Source: a virus
Length of the DNA stretch: 64,000 nucleotides
Direction: 5' to 3' (one strand)
IMG/VR virus record: IMGVR_UViG_3300024520_000063
Span: 1-64,000 of that record
Under the pieces are notes generated by a model. The model saw only the letters and a list, made by a program, of their open reading frames with translations. It was not told the origin of the DNA and did no database searches. Numbering within the stretch: position 1 is the first letter of the stretch; each line of letters opens with the position of its first letter. This document shows, in pieces, positions 9,657 to 19,385 of the stretch. The position numbers and the translations under genes were made by a program.

Positions 9657-11081
9657 TTAGCCATTCACCAGCTGGTCGATAAGACCAAAACTGTTTTCGT
9701 GGCGAGGAACCGCATCGATGTAGTGCGTACCACGCATCGTGAAGATGCCAGAAGCAAAGTTGCTTCCATGGCTGTCCGTGACCTTAACCTCCATCATCGG
9801 AGACCGGCCAATGAACAACTCAGAGGGGACGCCACCCAGAACGTAAGTCAGGTCCGTGCCTGAACTCTTCGCTCGGATGTTGTTAACCTGCGTACCGGTG
9901 AACACTGGGTGTCCGCCGATCGATTCCCGAACTCCGCCGTCGCCATAAGCGAGAGCAGCAGCACGGAACTTCGGCTGACCCTGGGAATCTTCGCGATACT
10001 TCAGGGCTGCCCAGATCAGATTCCGCATCGTGAGGAACGTGCCCGTGCCGACAGGAGCGTTGTTGTCCGCGATCTTCGCGAGCAGCAACTCAGGATCCTT
10101 GGGCTCAAGCGTGTCGCCATTGGCACCAGTTGTGCTGGCGGTATGGGTCTGGATTCCGGAGTACCGGATCAGGCCCTGGATGTATGCTCCACCCGGACCA
10201 TCACAAATGTCCTGATCGACGTTCAGGGCGATGTCCTTGGTGATTTCATCTCGAACAAAAGCGTCTGCAGACACGGTCGTCGAGAATCGCATGAACTCTT
10301 CGGTCATCTCAACCAGGCCGTTGTACTTTTTGGCCTGCAGCAAGACGTCCGCAGTTGTCGGAGTACTTTCACTCACAGCTTCCGATTCCGCGTGAGCCGT
10401 AATCGTGACAGCGCCGGTCACTTTCGGGTAGCGAATCTGGCCCTGTTGCGGCATCGGGACTTCCCGAACGCCCGGAATCCGACCCCAGAGGGAGCTGGCT
10501 CGCAGGAATTCAATCAGTTCACCCTGCTGCGGGAAATCAACAAACGTCCCACCAGTCGTGGCGGTACGATATGTCAAATCCTTGCTCAGTCGCTTGGACA
10601 GCCAGGCCGCTTCATCCGGGTCGAAACTGCCCAGATTCGTGTTCATCTGACGCCACTCTTTGGTCAGCTCGGAGCCATCCTGCTCCATATAAGCTGAGCC
10701 GATCGGAACCATGAAGGCACCGCCGACCGTCTGGCCTTTGCTCTTGGATTCCTTGGCCAGCTTCTGGCAGAAGTCCATTTCGAGCTTGCAGTCTTCAGTA
10801 TACTCCTGCTTCGTGGCGTGAAGGACAAGTCCCTTGGCCAGGCGGGAGAAGCTGAATGCTCGGCTCGTGTTGACAGATTCGCCAACCGACATCCCTGGAG
10901 CACCTTGCATCCACGGAGCCTGTGCTTTCGAGTGCTCATCGACGGTCTTCGCAAGCGACTCCACATTGGCAGTCATCTTCTCGAAGCCATCAGCCAGATC
11001 TTCGATGCTCTTCGCGATGAACTCAGCAGGATCAGTCGCGCTTTCTTCGGTCGCATTGGCAGCGGTATTGGTGTCAGCCAT
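9657..11081 (-). CDS. major capsid protein (HK97-fold class inferred)
   Basis: approx 475-aa ORF directly after an acidic scaffold-like gene and followed by small head completion genes; size and position typical of MCP; start probably MADTNTAAN. Confidence 0.65.
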   Translation of the reverse strand: MADTNTAANATEESATDPAEFIAKSIEDLADGFEKMTANVESLAKTVDEHSKAQAPWMQGAPGMSVGESVNTSRAFSFSRLAKGLVLHATKQEYTEDCKLEMDFCQKLAKESKSKGQTVGGAFMVPIGSAYMEQDGSELTKEWRQMNTNLGSFDPDEAAWLSKRLSKDLTYRTATTGGTFVDFPQQGELIEFLRASSLWGRIPGVREVPMPQQGQIRYPKVTGAVTITAHAESEAVSESTPTTADVLLQAKKYNGLVEMTEEFMRFSTTVSADAFVRDEITKDIALNVDQDICDGPGGAYIQGLIRYSGIQTHTASTTGANGDTLEPKDPELLLAKIADNNAPVGTGTFLTMRNLIWAALKYREDSQGQPKFRAAALAYGDGGVRESIGGHPVFTGTQVNNIRAKSSGTDLTYVLGGVPSELFIGRSPMMEVKVTDSHGSNFASGIFTMRGTHYIDAVPRHENSFGLIDQLVNG

Positions 11082-11098
11082 GACAGTTTCTCTCCAGT

Positions 11099-11790
11099 TT
11101 AGGTGTCCTGGCCGCACGCGCGGGCCATAGAGCAGTTGATTTCGTCCAGTCGTTCCGCCAGACCAGACATCGAAGATGTGACCGTAGTCAGACTCTTAAC
11201 AACCTCAGTTGTTGAGTCCGCCTTACGGAGCTTCTTGCGTTCCCGCATAATTTCGACTGCTTTTGCAAGCGGGTCGATCTTCTTCTCTTCCGTCTTCGTC
11301 TCAACATCGTCGTTTTTAACGATGGTATCCGAGGTCTCGTCATCCCCATCCTTGGGTTCAGTCGCAGGCTCTTCCTGCTTGACGAGACTTTTGATCTCTT
11401 CGAAGCTCTTCTCGATTTCTTCCTTCTCGACCTTCATGGTGGACGCAACAATGTTGACTGCGCTTTCCAAGTCGGACATTCTCTCGCCGAGCTTGTCCAT
11501 TGTGGTTCTCAGTCGAATTCCAACCTCAGGCTCGGCGTCTTCATCCCAGTCAGAATGATGGATATCAATTCCGACATGCTCTTTGAGAAGTTCAATCAAC
11601 GGCTGAGCCTGGTCAGCAGTCAGGCCTTCGATGCTCTTCAGGATCTCGACAGCCTGGCTGATTTCATCCATGGACGTGTCCTCTTTTGTCAGTACAACAA
11701 AATCCGAACCTGGCACAGCGCCTTTTCGGACGAGGCTGACCTCTCCGATTGAGACATCGCTCAGGCGTCGTCGTTTGTTTGTTTCAGACA
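11099..11790 (-). CDS. scaffolding protein (acidic coiled-coil)
   Basis: highly acidic E/D/K-rich alpha-helical sequence immediately upstream of capsid gene; start at MSETNKRRR. Confidence 0.5.
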
Positions 11791-11988
11791 TTAAAACCAT
11801 CCATGTGTTAGAATCTGATAGACAAGTATCGCATAAAGGCACTACCAGGTGTCAAGATCAACTCACAGCTTTGATCCGATCTCAAAAACTACCGGCTTAG
11901 TGCTCCAGAAAGAGCCAGGAAATGTCAGCTGAACCTGCTCTGTGGCAATTCCGGCGTTCTGCCATATAGAGATTCGAAGCCATCATCA

Positions 11989-12426
11989 TTATTCGGTTCC
12001 TTGTTCAGTTTCCGAAACAACTTCCTCAATCTCGGTATGTCCAGCGTTTCCGCCAATAGAGAATCCATTGAACGTGCCGTCACGGACGGACTTTTGAAGC
12101 TCTTCAGATTCTGGGGGAATTCGATACTCTGTAACCATCGACCCCTTTACGATCTCTGACCCTTCGATCTCAAAATCACATGGGGCGATGAAACACTGAG
12201 TCAGTTGAACGTCCTGCTTGGAAAGCATGGTGCGATGCCCGACTCCCGACACCTGGCTGCGAATCATGTAATCTCTGGATGCCTTCCTGATCTCATCGGA
12301 ACTGATAATGTCCCCCTGGTGATCAGTCACTTCAGGAACCAAAGGCGATCCATAGATGTAGATGCTTCCGTCCTCCCCTTCGGACGACTTAAAGACAGAA
12401 TTCGACAGTTTGACATTTTCAGACAT
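11989..12426 (-). CDS. head morphogenesis protein (possibly protease-like fragment)
   Basis: ORF between portal and scaffold; DxxGDII segment reminiscent of HK97 prohead protease but too short to assign. Confidence 0.35.
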   Translation of the reverse strand: MSENVKLSNSVFKSSEGEDGSIYIYGSPLVPEVTDHQGDIISSDEIRKASRDYMIRSQVSGVGHRTMLSKQDVQLTQCFIAPCDFEIEGSEIVKGSMVTEYRIPPESEELQKSVRDGTFNGFSIGGNAGHTEIEEVVSETEQGTE

Positions 12427-12437
12427 GGAGAAACCTA

Positions 12438-13181
12438 ATGAGTGAAAGGTTAGATTCGGTCGCAATCAAGTTCCGCGTATCGAACGAACTGTCAGTCCTG
12501 CTTCAGGACGCTGCTGGAAACAGACACCTTGATAAGGCAGAAATGATAAGGCAGGTACTGGCCTCGTGGCTAGGTCGTCCCGATACAGCACAGCTCACAA
12601 ACTCACTGAATATTACGTCTCGAAAGGCTATGGCCAGGGTAGATATCGGGTTAGAGAAACTCAGGCAGGGTATGAAATCTGGCTGGAAAGATCTGTCTTC
12701 CGGAATTATTGATCTTCTGAACTGTGGCTATGTCCGGATGGCGGACAGATACTGGAGATTCGCCAACAACCTCAACTTGAAGAGTCGGCATCTTGAGGGT
12801 ACTAAACCTCTTGCCGACATGAAGCTCATGATTAAAGAGCGAGCGCTCTATCTGGAGGAGAGCCTGTTCCCCCAATGGATCTCAGGCGAACCAAGGACTG
12901 TTGGACTCTTCGTGATCAACAGAAAGCTCAAGAAGGGAACTCGCGAGGAGCTTCTTCGTGTGAAGTCTCCCCACGATCTCCCGCTGCTTGACGACAAAAT
13001 ACTGGCCCATCACCGAGTTCCGGTTACTCCGAAAATCAGTTCGCGTTATTCAGGGCCATTCGACCAACCTGAACTGGCTTTGCCTGAGGCTGAGCAGATC
13101 CATTCTGGTCAGGTTTCTCCGGGGTTTTGCCTGCAGGATCCTGCCCTGGCTCAATCGGAATCCCAGTGTTCGGGTCAATGA
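12438..13181 (+). CDS. hypothetical protein, possible RHH-like N-terminus
   Basis: 247-aa plus-strand ORF filling gap in minus-strand head module, overlaps portal 3' end; N-terminus KAEMIRQVLASWL resembles ribbon-helix-helix. Confidence 0.3.
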   Translation: MSERLDSVAIKFRVSNELSVLLQDAAGNRHLDKAEMIRQVLASWLGRPDTAQLTNSLNITSRKAMARVDIGLEKLRQGMKSGWKDLSSGIIDLLNCGYVRMADRYWRFANNLNLKSRHLEGTKPLADMKLMIKERALYLEESLFPQWISGEPRTVGLFVINRKLKKGTREELLRVKSPHDLPLLDDKILAHHRVPVTPKISSRYSGPFDQPELALPEAEQIHSGQVSPGFCLQDPALAQSESQCSGQ

Positions 13182-14466
13182 CCTGGAAGCCAGAGATCAT
13201 GACTGGCCGGTCGCCCAGCTCGCCACCGAACGGCTTCAGGTTCATAAGAAGCTCACGAACCTCGTCCGGAGTGATGGCACCGCACTTCAGGCAAGTCAGA
13301 ATGTTATCTCTCAAGCTTTGCTGAGAGTCGACATTGCAAGGCCCCAGTTTAATGAACAGGTTGCCAGGGAAGTCCGAGGCAAGCTTCTGGGTCAGATGCT
13401 GGGAAATGTGCTCAAGGATCGGATCCACAGTCATCTTGCAGAACTGAGTGAGCGACCCTTCCATTGAGGCACTGGTCATTCCCTCTCCGAGGCCGACCAC
13501 AGACTTAGGAACACCATGAGTGGCCAAAGTGATAGACAGTGTTCTGTCCAGGCTGGAAGAGTAATCCAGTTCCTTCACGCTTCCGGAGTTGTATTGCCCG
13601 GAAAGCTTCAGGCCCGAGTGTGAGATCATCGGAGCACCCGTCTGATCCGCCATGCTGTGCTGGGCGAACAAATTGGCCCAGAGCTGGTGGACCTGATGTG
13701 GCTGGAGCCGATTCGTGCACTCGAAAACCATGCCTGGCGCGGCAAAATTCTTGAACTGGTAGTACAGACGCCTGTGCATCTCATCTTCCAGGTCAATAGT
13801 CGTTGCAGCCGCCTTAATCGAGGGAGTTCCGTAGTATCGGCCAGAATCACTCCAGTCCAGGCTGGGATTCTTGATATGGATCATCCACTCTGGCGGAACG
13901 ACGAAGTTTTCGCCCACGGCTCCAGAGTCGATCTGGTAACCGCCGACCATCTCTGTCTCACCCGACAGGACTTTCACCCACTGAGTCGGCATTGGCCAGA
14001 TTTCTCTGGGGATTCCAAACCCGTTGCGAGCCTTGTAGAGGAAAGAGTCGCCCGTCAGGAGTCTCCACCCAACCATGTAAAACCAGAGGTCCCATTCGGT
14101 ATCTACCGGGTTCACATCGCGGAGAAGCTCGACCAGCGGGTGCGTTGGGGAGACTTCTTCGGTCTTCCATGTGCCCTTCTGCTTGAATTTGCGGAAAACC
14201 TTGGCCTTTTGCATTGCGGCCATCCGAGCAATTGCTCCAATGGCGATATAGGTTGAGCCCTTGTACTGCTGGGCGTACTTGTTCCGATCTTCAACCCAGC
14301 GAGCGGGAGTTCCTGACTGGCCCAGTCGATTAGCCATTACCGGGAACTGCTGCTCAGCCGGAAACGTACGGATGTCTCGACCACGAGTCGGACCTTGAGA
14401 GAATTCAACCTCTCGGAACGAACTACCAGCGTTCTGAAGAATCGATTCCAGGTTCGTCAGGGCCAT
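13036..14466 (-). CDS. portal protein
   Basis: 476-aa ORF at head-module start with WDLWFYMVGW and other portal-like blocks; size typical. Confidence 0.7.
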   Translation of the reverse strand: MALTNLESILQNAGSSFREVEFSQGPTRGRDIRTFPAEQQFPVMANRLGQSGTPARWVEDRNKYAQQYKGSTYIAIGAIARMAAMQKAKVFRKFKQKGTWKTEEVSPTHPLVELLRDVNPVDTEWDLWFYMVGWRLLTGDSFLYKARNGFGIPREIWPMPTQWVKVLSGETEMVGGYQIDSGAVGENFVVPPEWMIHIKNPSLDWSDSGRYYGTPSIKAAATTIDLEDEMHRRLYYQFKNFAAPGMVFECTNRLQPHQVHQLWANLFAQHSMADQTGAPMISHSGLKLSGQYNSGSVKELDYSSSLDRTLSITLATHGVPKSVVGLGEGMTSASMEGSLTQFCKMTVDPILEHISQHLTQKLASDFPGNLFIKLGPCNVDSQQSLRDNILTCLKCGAITPDEVRELLMNLKPFGGELGDRPVMISGFQVIDPNTGIPIEPGQDPAGKTPEKPDQNGSAQPQAKPVQVGRMALNNAN

Positions 14467-14800
14467 TCTTTACTCCGTTCTGCAGAACGCTTTGGGCAGC
14501 ATTCATTGCTAGTGTTTCATTCCTTCGGGTCTCGATGTACCCAGCGATAATGTGGGCCTGAAGCTCCACATTCTGCTCTGAAAGCTGAAAGGCGTTCAAG
14601 TTCCTCTCGGACTCCAGACGAAGGTCAGACTCAATCTGCTCAAGTTCCCTGACTCTGATTTCAAGATCTTCAACCTTAGCGCCAAGGCTGGCGCTGATAT
14701 TGTCTCTCTCCGCCTCCGCCTGCTTCTTTTCCCTGCGAAGCTGGGAACAGGCAGCCTTTAGCTCAGCAATCTTCTTGTCACGCTTGGGGAACAGCTGCAT
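14423..14800 (-). CDS. coiled-coil protein
   Basis: 125-aa ORF, heptad-rich (LKAACSQLRREKKQAEAERD...). Confidence 0.4.
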   Translation of the reverse strand: MQLFPKRDKKIAELKAACSQLRREKKQAEAERDNISASLGAKVEDLEIRVRELEQIESDLRLESERNLNAFQLSEQNVELQAHIIAGYIETRRNETLAMNAAQSVLQNGVKNGPDEPGIDSSERW

Positions 14801-15327
14801 TTCTGGCTCCGTTAAATTTGTTCATCGAGACCGGAAGATCGCAGAAAAAACCGATGAATAAAAGAGCAGCCCATCCACGGAGCCTGAGAATGGACTGCTC
14901 TCGTCAGAGAAAACGTCAACAATGGTATCTGTATGTCCATTTCCATTTCTACTGCTAGATTTCTTGACGCCATGAGATTTGCTGGTAGATTGCCCAGTCA
15001 TATTCATTTCTCAAACCCAGAAAGCATCCATGGACAAATCCAACTGCCAGATCATGGAAGACGCCGCCCGATCCAGAATGGAAGACTTATACCCGGAACT
15101 TCTTGAGGACTGGCACCCTGCTGAGATTCAGCTCGAAAACGTGCAGGTCATTGGAGATCCGGGAGGAAACGACGCCAGTATTACCGTGTTTTCCGATGCT
15201 GCCCCCGGCTCAGAGTTTGTTCCCCTGCTGATCTTTACAGAGATGACAGAGTCGGGAGAATGCATCTTCCCAGGCTATCTTCAGAGTTCGAATCCACATT
15301 TTAAGACTCTCATAGGACACGCACTCA

Positions 15328-16245
15328 ATGACCGACCTCAAATCGATCCCAGAGGGGAAGATTGAGACAGTTGAGATTTCCCTCTTGCGGAACAACCCGC
15401 TCAATGAGGAAATCTACGGCACCGAGGATGTCGACCCTGATCTTTTAAGGTCGATTCAAGATCACGGTGTCGATACGCCGATTGAAGTTCTTCCGGACGG
15501 AACTATCATCAAGGGCCACCGCAGAAAGCTGCACGCAGAAGAGGCTGGGCTTACAGAGGTCCCAGTTATTGTCCGCCACGAGCTGAACTCTCCGGAAGAG
15601 GTTGGCTTCGCTCTGATCGAAGACAATCGCCACCAGAGAAACAGGACGAATATACAGAAGGTGCGTGAAATCATGTACCTGACAGGGATGCTCCAGACCC
15701 AGAACAGAATCCGCAAGGCTACGGGGCTTCCTGTTTATGAGGCTGATGCCCATACGGACGAAGAACTTATGGAGCTTTCCGGGATGAGCCGGGAGAGCTA
15801 CGAGCAGGTTGCCAGTCTCACCGAAAGCTATGCAGCCAGGTTTGGATCGTCAGCATCTCCCCAGGATGTGGCCTGTGATCACATCGGAGTCAGCAAAAAG
15901 ACGTTCATGCAGGGACAGAATGCCCTAAAGACAGCAGAGGCCTGGCGGAGTGCTGGAAACGACAAAAAGGCCGACCAGATCGAAGAGGCTCTCCATAAGG
16001 GTATCTCAACTGGATATCAGGTCGCCAAGAAGATCGGTCAGCCCGGCAAGAGGAGTGAGAAGAAAGTAATCAAGGCTAAGGCCAGCATAGAGTCGGTCAT
16101 TCTCACTCTTAAGAGTATGACGGCGGCACTTCACAAGGCTCGCGTCGCCATTCCAGAATCACTGCGTGATCAGCTCGACACCATCATCAATAAAATCAAT
16201 AGCATGAGGGAAGAACTTGAAAAGTCCGAACTCGACAATACTTGA
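15328..16245 (+). CDS. ParB-like nuclease domain protein
   Basis: N-terminal ParB/Sulfiredoxin-type block (DTPIEVLPDGTIIKGHRRKLHAEEAGLTEVPVIVRHE). Confidence 0.65.
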   Translation: MTDLKSIPEGKIETVEISLLRNNPLNEEIYGTEDVDPDLLRSIQDHGVDTPIEVLPDGTIIKGHRRKLHAEEAGLTEVPVIVRHELNSPEEVGFALIEDNRHQRNRTNIQKVREIMYLTGMLQTQNRIRKATGLPVYEADAHTDEELMELSGMSRESYEQVASLTESYAARFGSSASPQDVACDHIGVSKKTFMQGQNALKTAEAWRSAGNDKKADQIEEALHKGISTGYQVAKKIGQPGKRSEKKVIKAKASIESVILTLKSMTAALHKARVAIPESLRDQLDTIINKINSMREELEKSELDNT

Positions 16246-18496
16246 GGGCGACAGCCTGCAAGTACTCAAAGGCCTGCCTGATAACTCATTCCAGTGCTCC
16301 GTAAGCTCGCCTCCTTACTGGAATTTGCGCAACTATCAAGTCGATGGACAGATAGGGCTTGAGCCAACCGCACGCGAATTCATCCAGAATCTCGTATCTG
16401 TTTACTCAGAACTAAAGAGGGTTCTCCATCCGTCTGGTATTGCCTGGATTAACATAGGCGACAACTACGCCGGTGGAGGAAACAAGCGAGGCAAGGGTAG
16501 TCCGATATCCAGCAAACAGTCCAGTAATGCCGGATGCACTGGCCAGCTTGCGGATGTGCCAATAGTAGAAGATCTTCCACGGAAGAACATGAATGGAATG
16601 CCATGGAGATTTGCCTTTGCAATGCAGGATGACGGCTGGGTCCTCCGAGATGCGATAATTTGGCAGAAAAAGAATCCGATGCCTACGAGCCAAAAAGATA
16701 GATGTACGAACTGTTACGAGTACATCTTTCAGTTCACGAAGGGTCCAAAGTACTTCTTTGATATGGAGTCTGTGAGAGAGCCTGCCAGATATGGAGCTGG
16801 GGAGAACTTTCGGAGTTCGTCATATCTCAATGATAAGTCTCACAACAACAGCCAAGACCGGTCAGGATCGACCGAAGGAGGGATTCCGGGCAAGGGTGGA
16901 ACGCGAGTGCCTAGGAACATCAGAAGCTGGGCAACCCAAGGCTATAAAGGTGCTCACTTTGCTTGTGTTGACGAGGAAACCCAGTGCTTGACCAAAGAAG
17001 GATGGAAGTCTCAAGATCAAATTAAGCCGGGTGATGTCGCCGCCCAGTACAACATGGAGAGCGGCCTCTTGTCCTGGGCTGAAGTTGAAGACGTAGCGAG
17101 ATACGATGTTTCTGACCAAGACATGGTTTCTGCCGAATGCCGTGACTTGTCAATGCTTTTGACTCCTAACCACAGAACGATAATCTCCAGAAGAAGATCG
17201 AGAGGAAAAGGCCATCACCCTCCGACCATAATCGAAGCTGAGAATCTTAGTGATGGCCACAGAATACCAGTCTCTGCCGACTGGGATGATGGCGATCATG
17301 ATCAAACCATGGGAGGGGTAGAGTGGGCAGAACTGATAGGATGGTACGTTGCGGAAGGGTACGAAAACAAGAAATCGTGGTCTGTGGATATATATCAAAG
17401 CAGATCAGCAAATCCGGAAAAGGTCGAGAGGATTCGGCATCTTCTGGATTACGTGGATGCCGAGTACGAAGAGACTCAATCTGAGAGGAAATACAAAAAT
17501 CGCACATGCAGCATGTCTTCATTCAGAATAACTGGTCACGCGGCCATAAAAATAAGAAGCATGGTCCCAGGGAAAAGGCTTTCTTGGTCTTATATGGGGC
17601 TGTCAGCAGAAGAGATGAGGGCTCTTGTTGCTGGACTTATTGCTGGAGATGGACACATTCGGCCAGATGATGGCCGGGTGTGCTTTATCCAGAAGTCGGA
17701 CCACTGTATCGACTTGGTTCAAGCAATGGCTGTTAGGCTGGGATATGCTGTAAAGATCACAAAATCCCCTTCAACATGGAGAATGTACCTGACTGAAAAA
17801 AGATACATTTCTCTTCGTGGTACGAATGGAAGTGGCAGGAATATATCAACAAAGAAATATTCCGGAGTTGTGTGGTGTCCAAAACTACCCCATGGAACCT
17901 GGGTTGCTAGGAGGAATGGACGAGCATTCATAACTGGGAATACTTTTCCAATTTCGCTCCCTCTATGGTGTATTACGGCCAGTGCTCCGAAAGCAGGCGT
18001 CTGTGCTAAATGCTTCACGCCATACAAGCGAGTAGTCGAAAGCATCCGCAGGGCGACCCGTCCGGGAGAAAACACCAAGATCAAGATGCCGGACGGATGG
18101 GACACAGGAGAGGGCGGGCACGGCAGTTTTCATCGGGAAGGCAGAGAGAAAGGCCAGTACCGTGACACAGCAGAGATTGGAAACAGAGATCCGCAACGTC
18201 ACGTCACAGAAACAACCACCGTTGGGTGGGAACCTGGATGCACTTGCGATTGCGGAACTGATTTCCCAGCAATTCTGGATCCCTTCTCAGGGGTCGCCAC
18301 TACAGGACTGGCCTGTTCGCGCCTCCGATGCCACTACGTGGGAATCGAACTTAATCCAGAGTATGCACAGATGTCGCGGGACAGAATCAAGGACGATCTG
18401 ATCAAGGGATTCGATCCGAACCCACATGCCGTGAACCTTAATCTGGGAACTGGTATCGACTTATGTCAGGAAAACGTGTCACAATTTAATTACTAA
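16217..18496 (+). CDS. beta-class amino-DNA methyltransferase (N6A/N4C), intein-containing
   Basis: motif IV SPPYWNLRNY near N-terminus and motif I DPFSGVATTG near C-terminus (beta-class order); central insertion with intein/LAGLIDADG blocks. Confidence 0.75.
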   Translation: MKSPNSTILEGDSLQVLKGLPDNSFQCSVSSPPYWNLRNYQVDGQIGLEPTAREFIQNLVSVYSELKRVLHPSGIAWINIGDNYAGGGNKRGKGSPISSKQSSNAGCTGQLADVPIVEDLPRKNMNGMPWRFAFAMQDDGWVLRDAIIWQKKNPMPTSQKDRCTNCYEYIFQFTKGPKYFFDMESVREPARYGAGENFRSSSYLNDKSHNNSQDRSGSTEGGIPGKGGTRVPRNIRSWATQGYKGAHFACVDEETQCLTKEGWKSQDQIKPGDVAAQYNMESGLLSWAEVEDVARYDVSDQDMVSAECRDLSMLLTPNHRTIISRRRSRGKGHHPPTIIEAENLSDGHRIPVSADWDDGDHDQTMGGVEWAELIGWYVAEGYENKKSWSVDIYQSRSANPEKVERIRHLLDYVDAEYEETQSERKYKNRTCSMSSFRITGHAAIKIRSMVPGKRLSWSYMGLSAEEMRALVAGLIAGDGHIRPDDGRVCFIQKSDHCIDLVQAMAVRLGYAVKITKSPSTWRMYLTEKRYISLRGTNGSGRNISTKKYSGVVWCPKLPHGTWVARRNGRAFITGNTFPISLPLWCITASAPKAGVCAKCFTPYKRVVESIRRATRPGENTKIKMPDGWDTGEGGHGSFHREGREKGQYRDTAEIGNRDPQRHVTETTTVGWEPGCTCDCGTDFPAILDPFSGVATTGLACSRLRCHYVGIELNPEYAQMSRDRIKDDLIKGFDPNPHAVNLNLGTGIDLCQENVSQFNY
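16985..17941 (+). mobile_element. intein with LAGLIDADG homing-endonuclease domain inside the methyltransferase gene
   Basis: starts Cys (CLTKEGW), contains LIGWYVAEGY and LVAGLIAGDGHI (two LAGLIDADG blocks), ends ...ITGN followed by Thr; splicing would restore HFATFP, matching HPAVFP of the paralogous MTase at 26922. Confidence 0.65.
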
Positions 18497-18526
18497 ACAT
18501 TCACCTGCAAGAAAGGAGCGTGCGGT

Positions 18527-18742
18527 ATGAGTCGTTTCTCCATTCGTCAGTTTCCTTCCACAAGCAGGGTCAGCACCTTTGTGACGGCTTGCCCTGAGAC
18601 CCAGAACTACACTGGCCATATCGCCATTGGGGCCGATGGCGACTTCCGTGTAGTCTATTCCGGTTCAGAGCAATTGTCCGGAAATGACGCGATTAATCAT
18701 GTGAAGAGCGTCCTCACGGAATCAATGCGAGACGATGGTTAA
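18527..18742 (+). CDS. hypothetical protein
   Basis: 71-aa ORF with GGAG-type RBS (aaaggagcgtgcggtATG). Confidence 0.4.
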   Translation: MSRFSIRQFPSTSRVSTFVTACPETQNYTGHIAIGADGDFRVVYSGSEQLSGNDAINHVKSVLTESMRDDG

Positions 18743-18965
18743 GATCAGGCACGAGGCCCACTTAGGCATTAATGACAGGGGCCAGCTCCATTACAGGAAA
18801 TGGGCTGGCAACCTGCCCACAAAATCAGGTCGCGTTATTCTGTCCAACCGGGAAATAACTTCCGAGGGCAGCACGTTCACCGACTACGACGATACGGTCC
18901 ATCAGATTCAGCCGGGCGACACTCTTCAGTTTGAAGACGGAACCTGGAAGCTGTTCCATAATTAA
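18735..18965 (+). CDS. hypothetical protein
   Basis: 76-aa ORF overlapping previous stop. Confidence 0.4.
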   Translation: MVKIRHEAHLGINDRGQLHYRKWAGNLPTKSGRVILSNREITSEGSTFTDYDDTVHQIQPGDTLQFEDGTWKLFHN

Positions 18966-18977
18966 AGGGAGGCGGCA

Positions 18978-19367
18978 ATGTTGCCATGCCCGTTCTGTGC
19001 GTCGGACAATTGCCATGTAATGGAGAAGCCGGGGCATCCTCGCCTGTGGGTGGAGTGCCTGGACTGTGGCTCTTCAGGCCCAGATGTTTTCTCTTGGGAT
19101 GGGGCAGAGGAGTCCTGGAATATTCGCGGCTGTGATTGCATGTCGGAGCAGTTCGAAAACCACACGGAGATCGATGAGGTCACGCTTCGCCCGGAAATTA
19201 ATTGTGGAGAGAGGCAACTTGGCCGCTGGACGATAGTTGCCCATCACGAGCGGAACGGCAGGAAATACAAGGCTTATGAGTTTCCTGCGGTGGATGATGA
19301 TCTGATCGGGGATATCCTGAAAAGCCTATTCGCATCAGGAGCCAGATCGACAGACGCTACTCAGTAA
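18978..19367 (+). CDS. Lar-family restriction alleviation protein homolog
   Basis: N-terminal CPFCASDNCH...CLDCGSSGP...AEESWNIRG matches Lar family zinc-ribbon pattern (CPFCG...C..CG...A...WN.R). Confidence 0.55.
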   Translation: MLPCPFCASDNCHVMEKPGHPRLWVECLDCGSSGPDVFSWDGAEESWNIRGCDCMSEQFENHTEIDEVTLRPEINCGERQLGRWTIVAHHERNGRKYKAYEFPAVDDDLIGDILKSLFASGARSTDATQ

Positions 19368-19385
19368 TCATATTCAGGAACACGC

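Noticed and set aside
9909-10697. 262-aa plus-strand ORF inside capsid gene
   Set aside because: Antisense shadow ORF within the major capsid protein gene.
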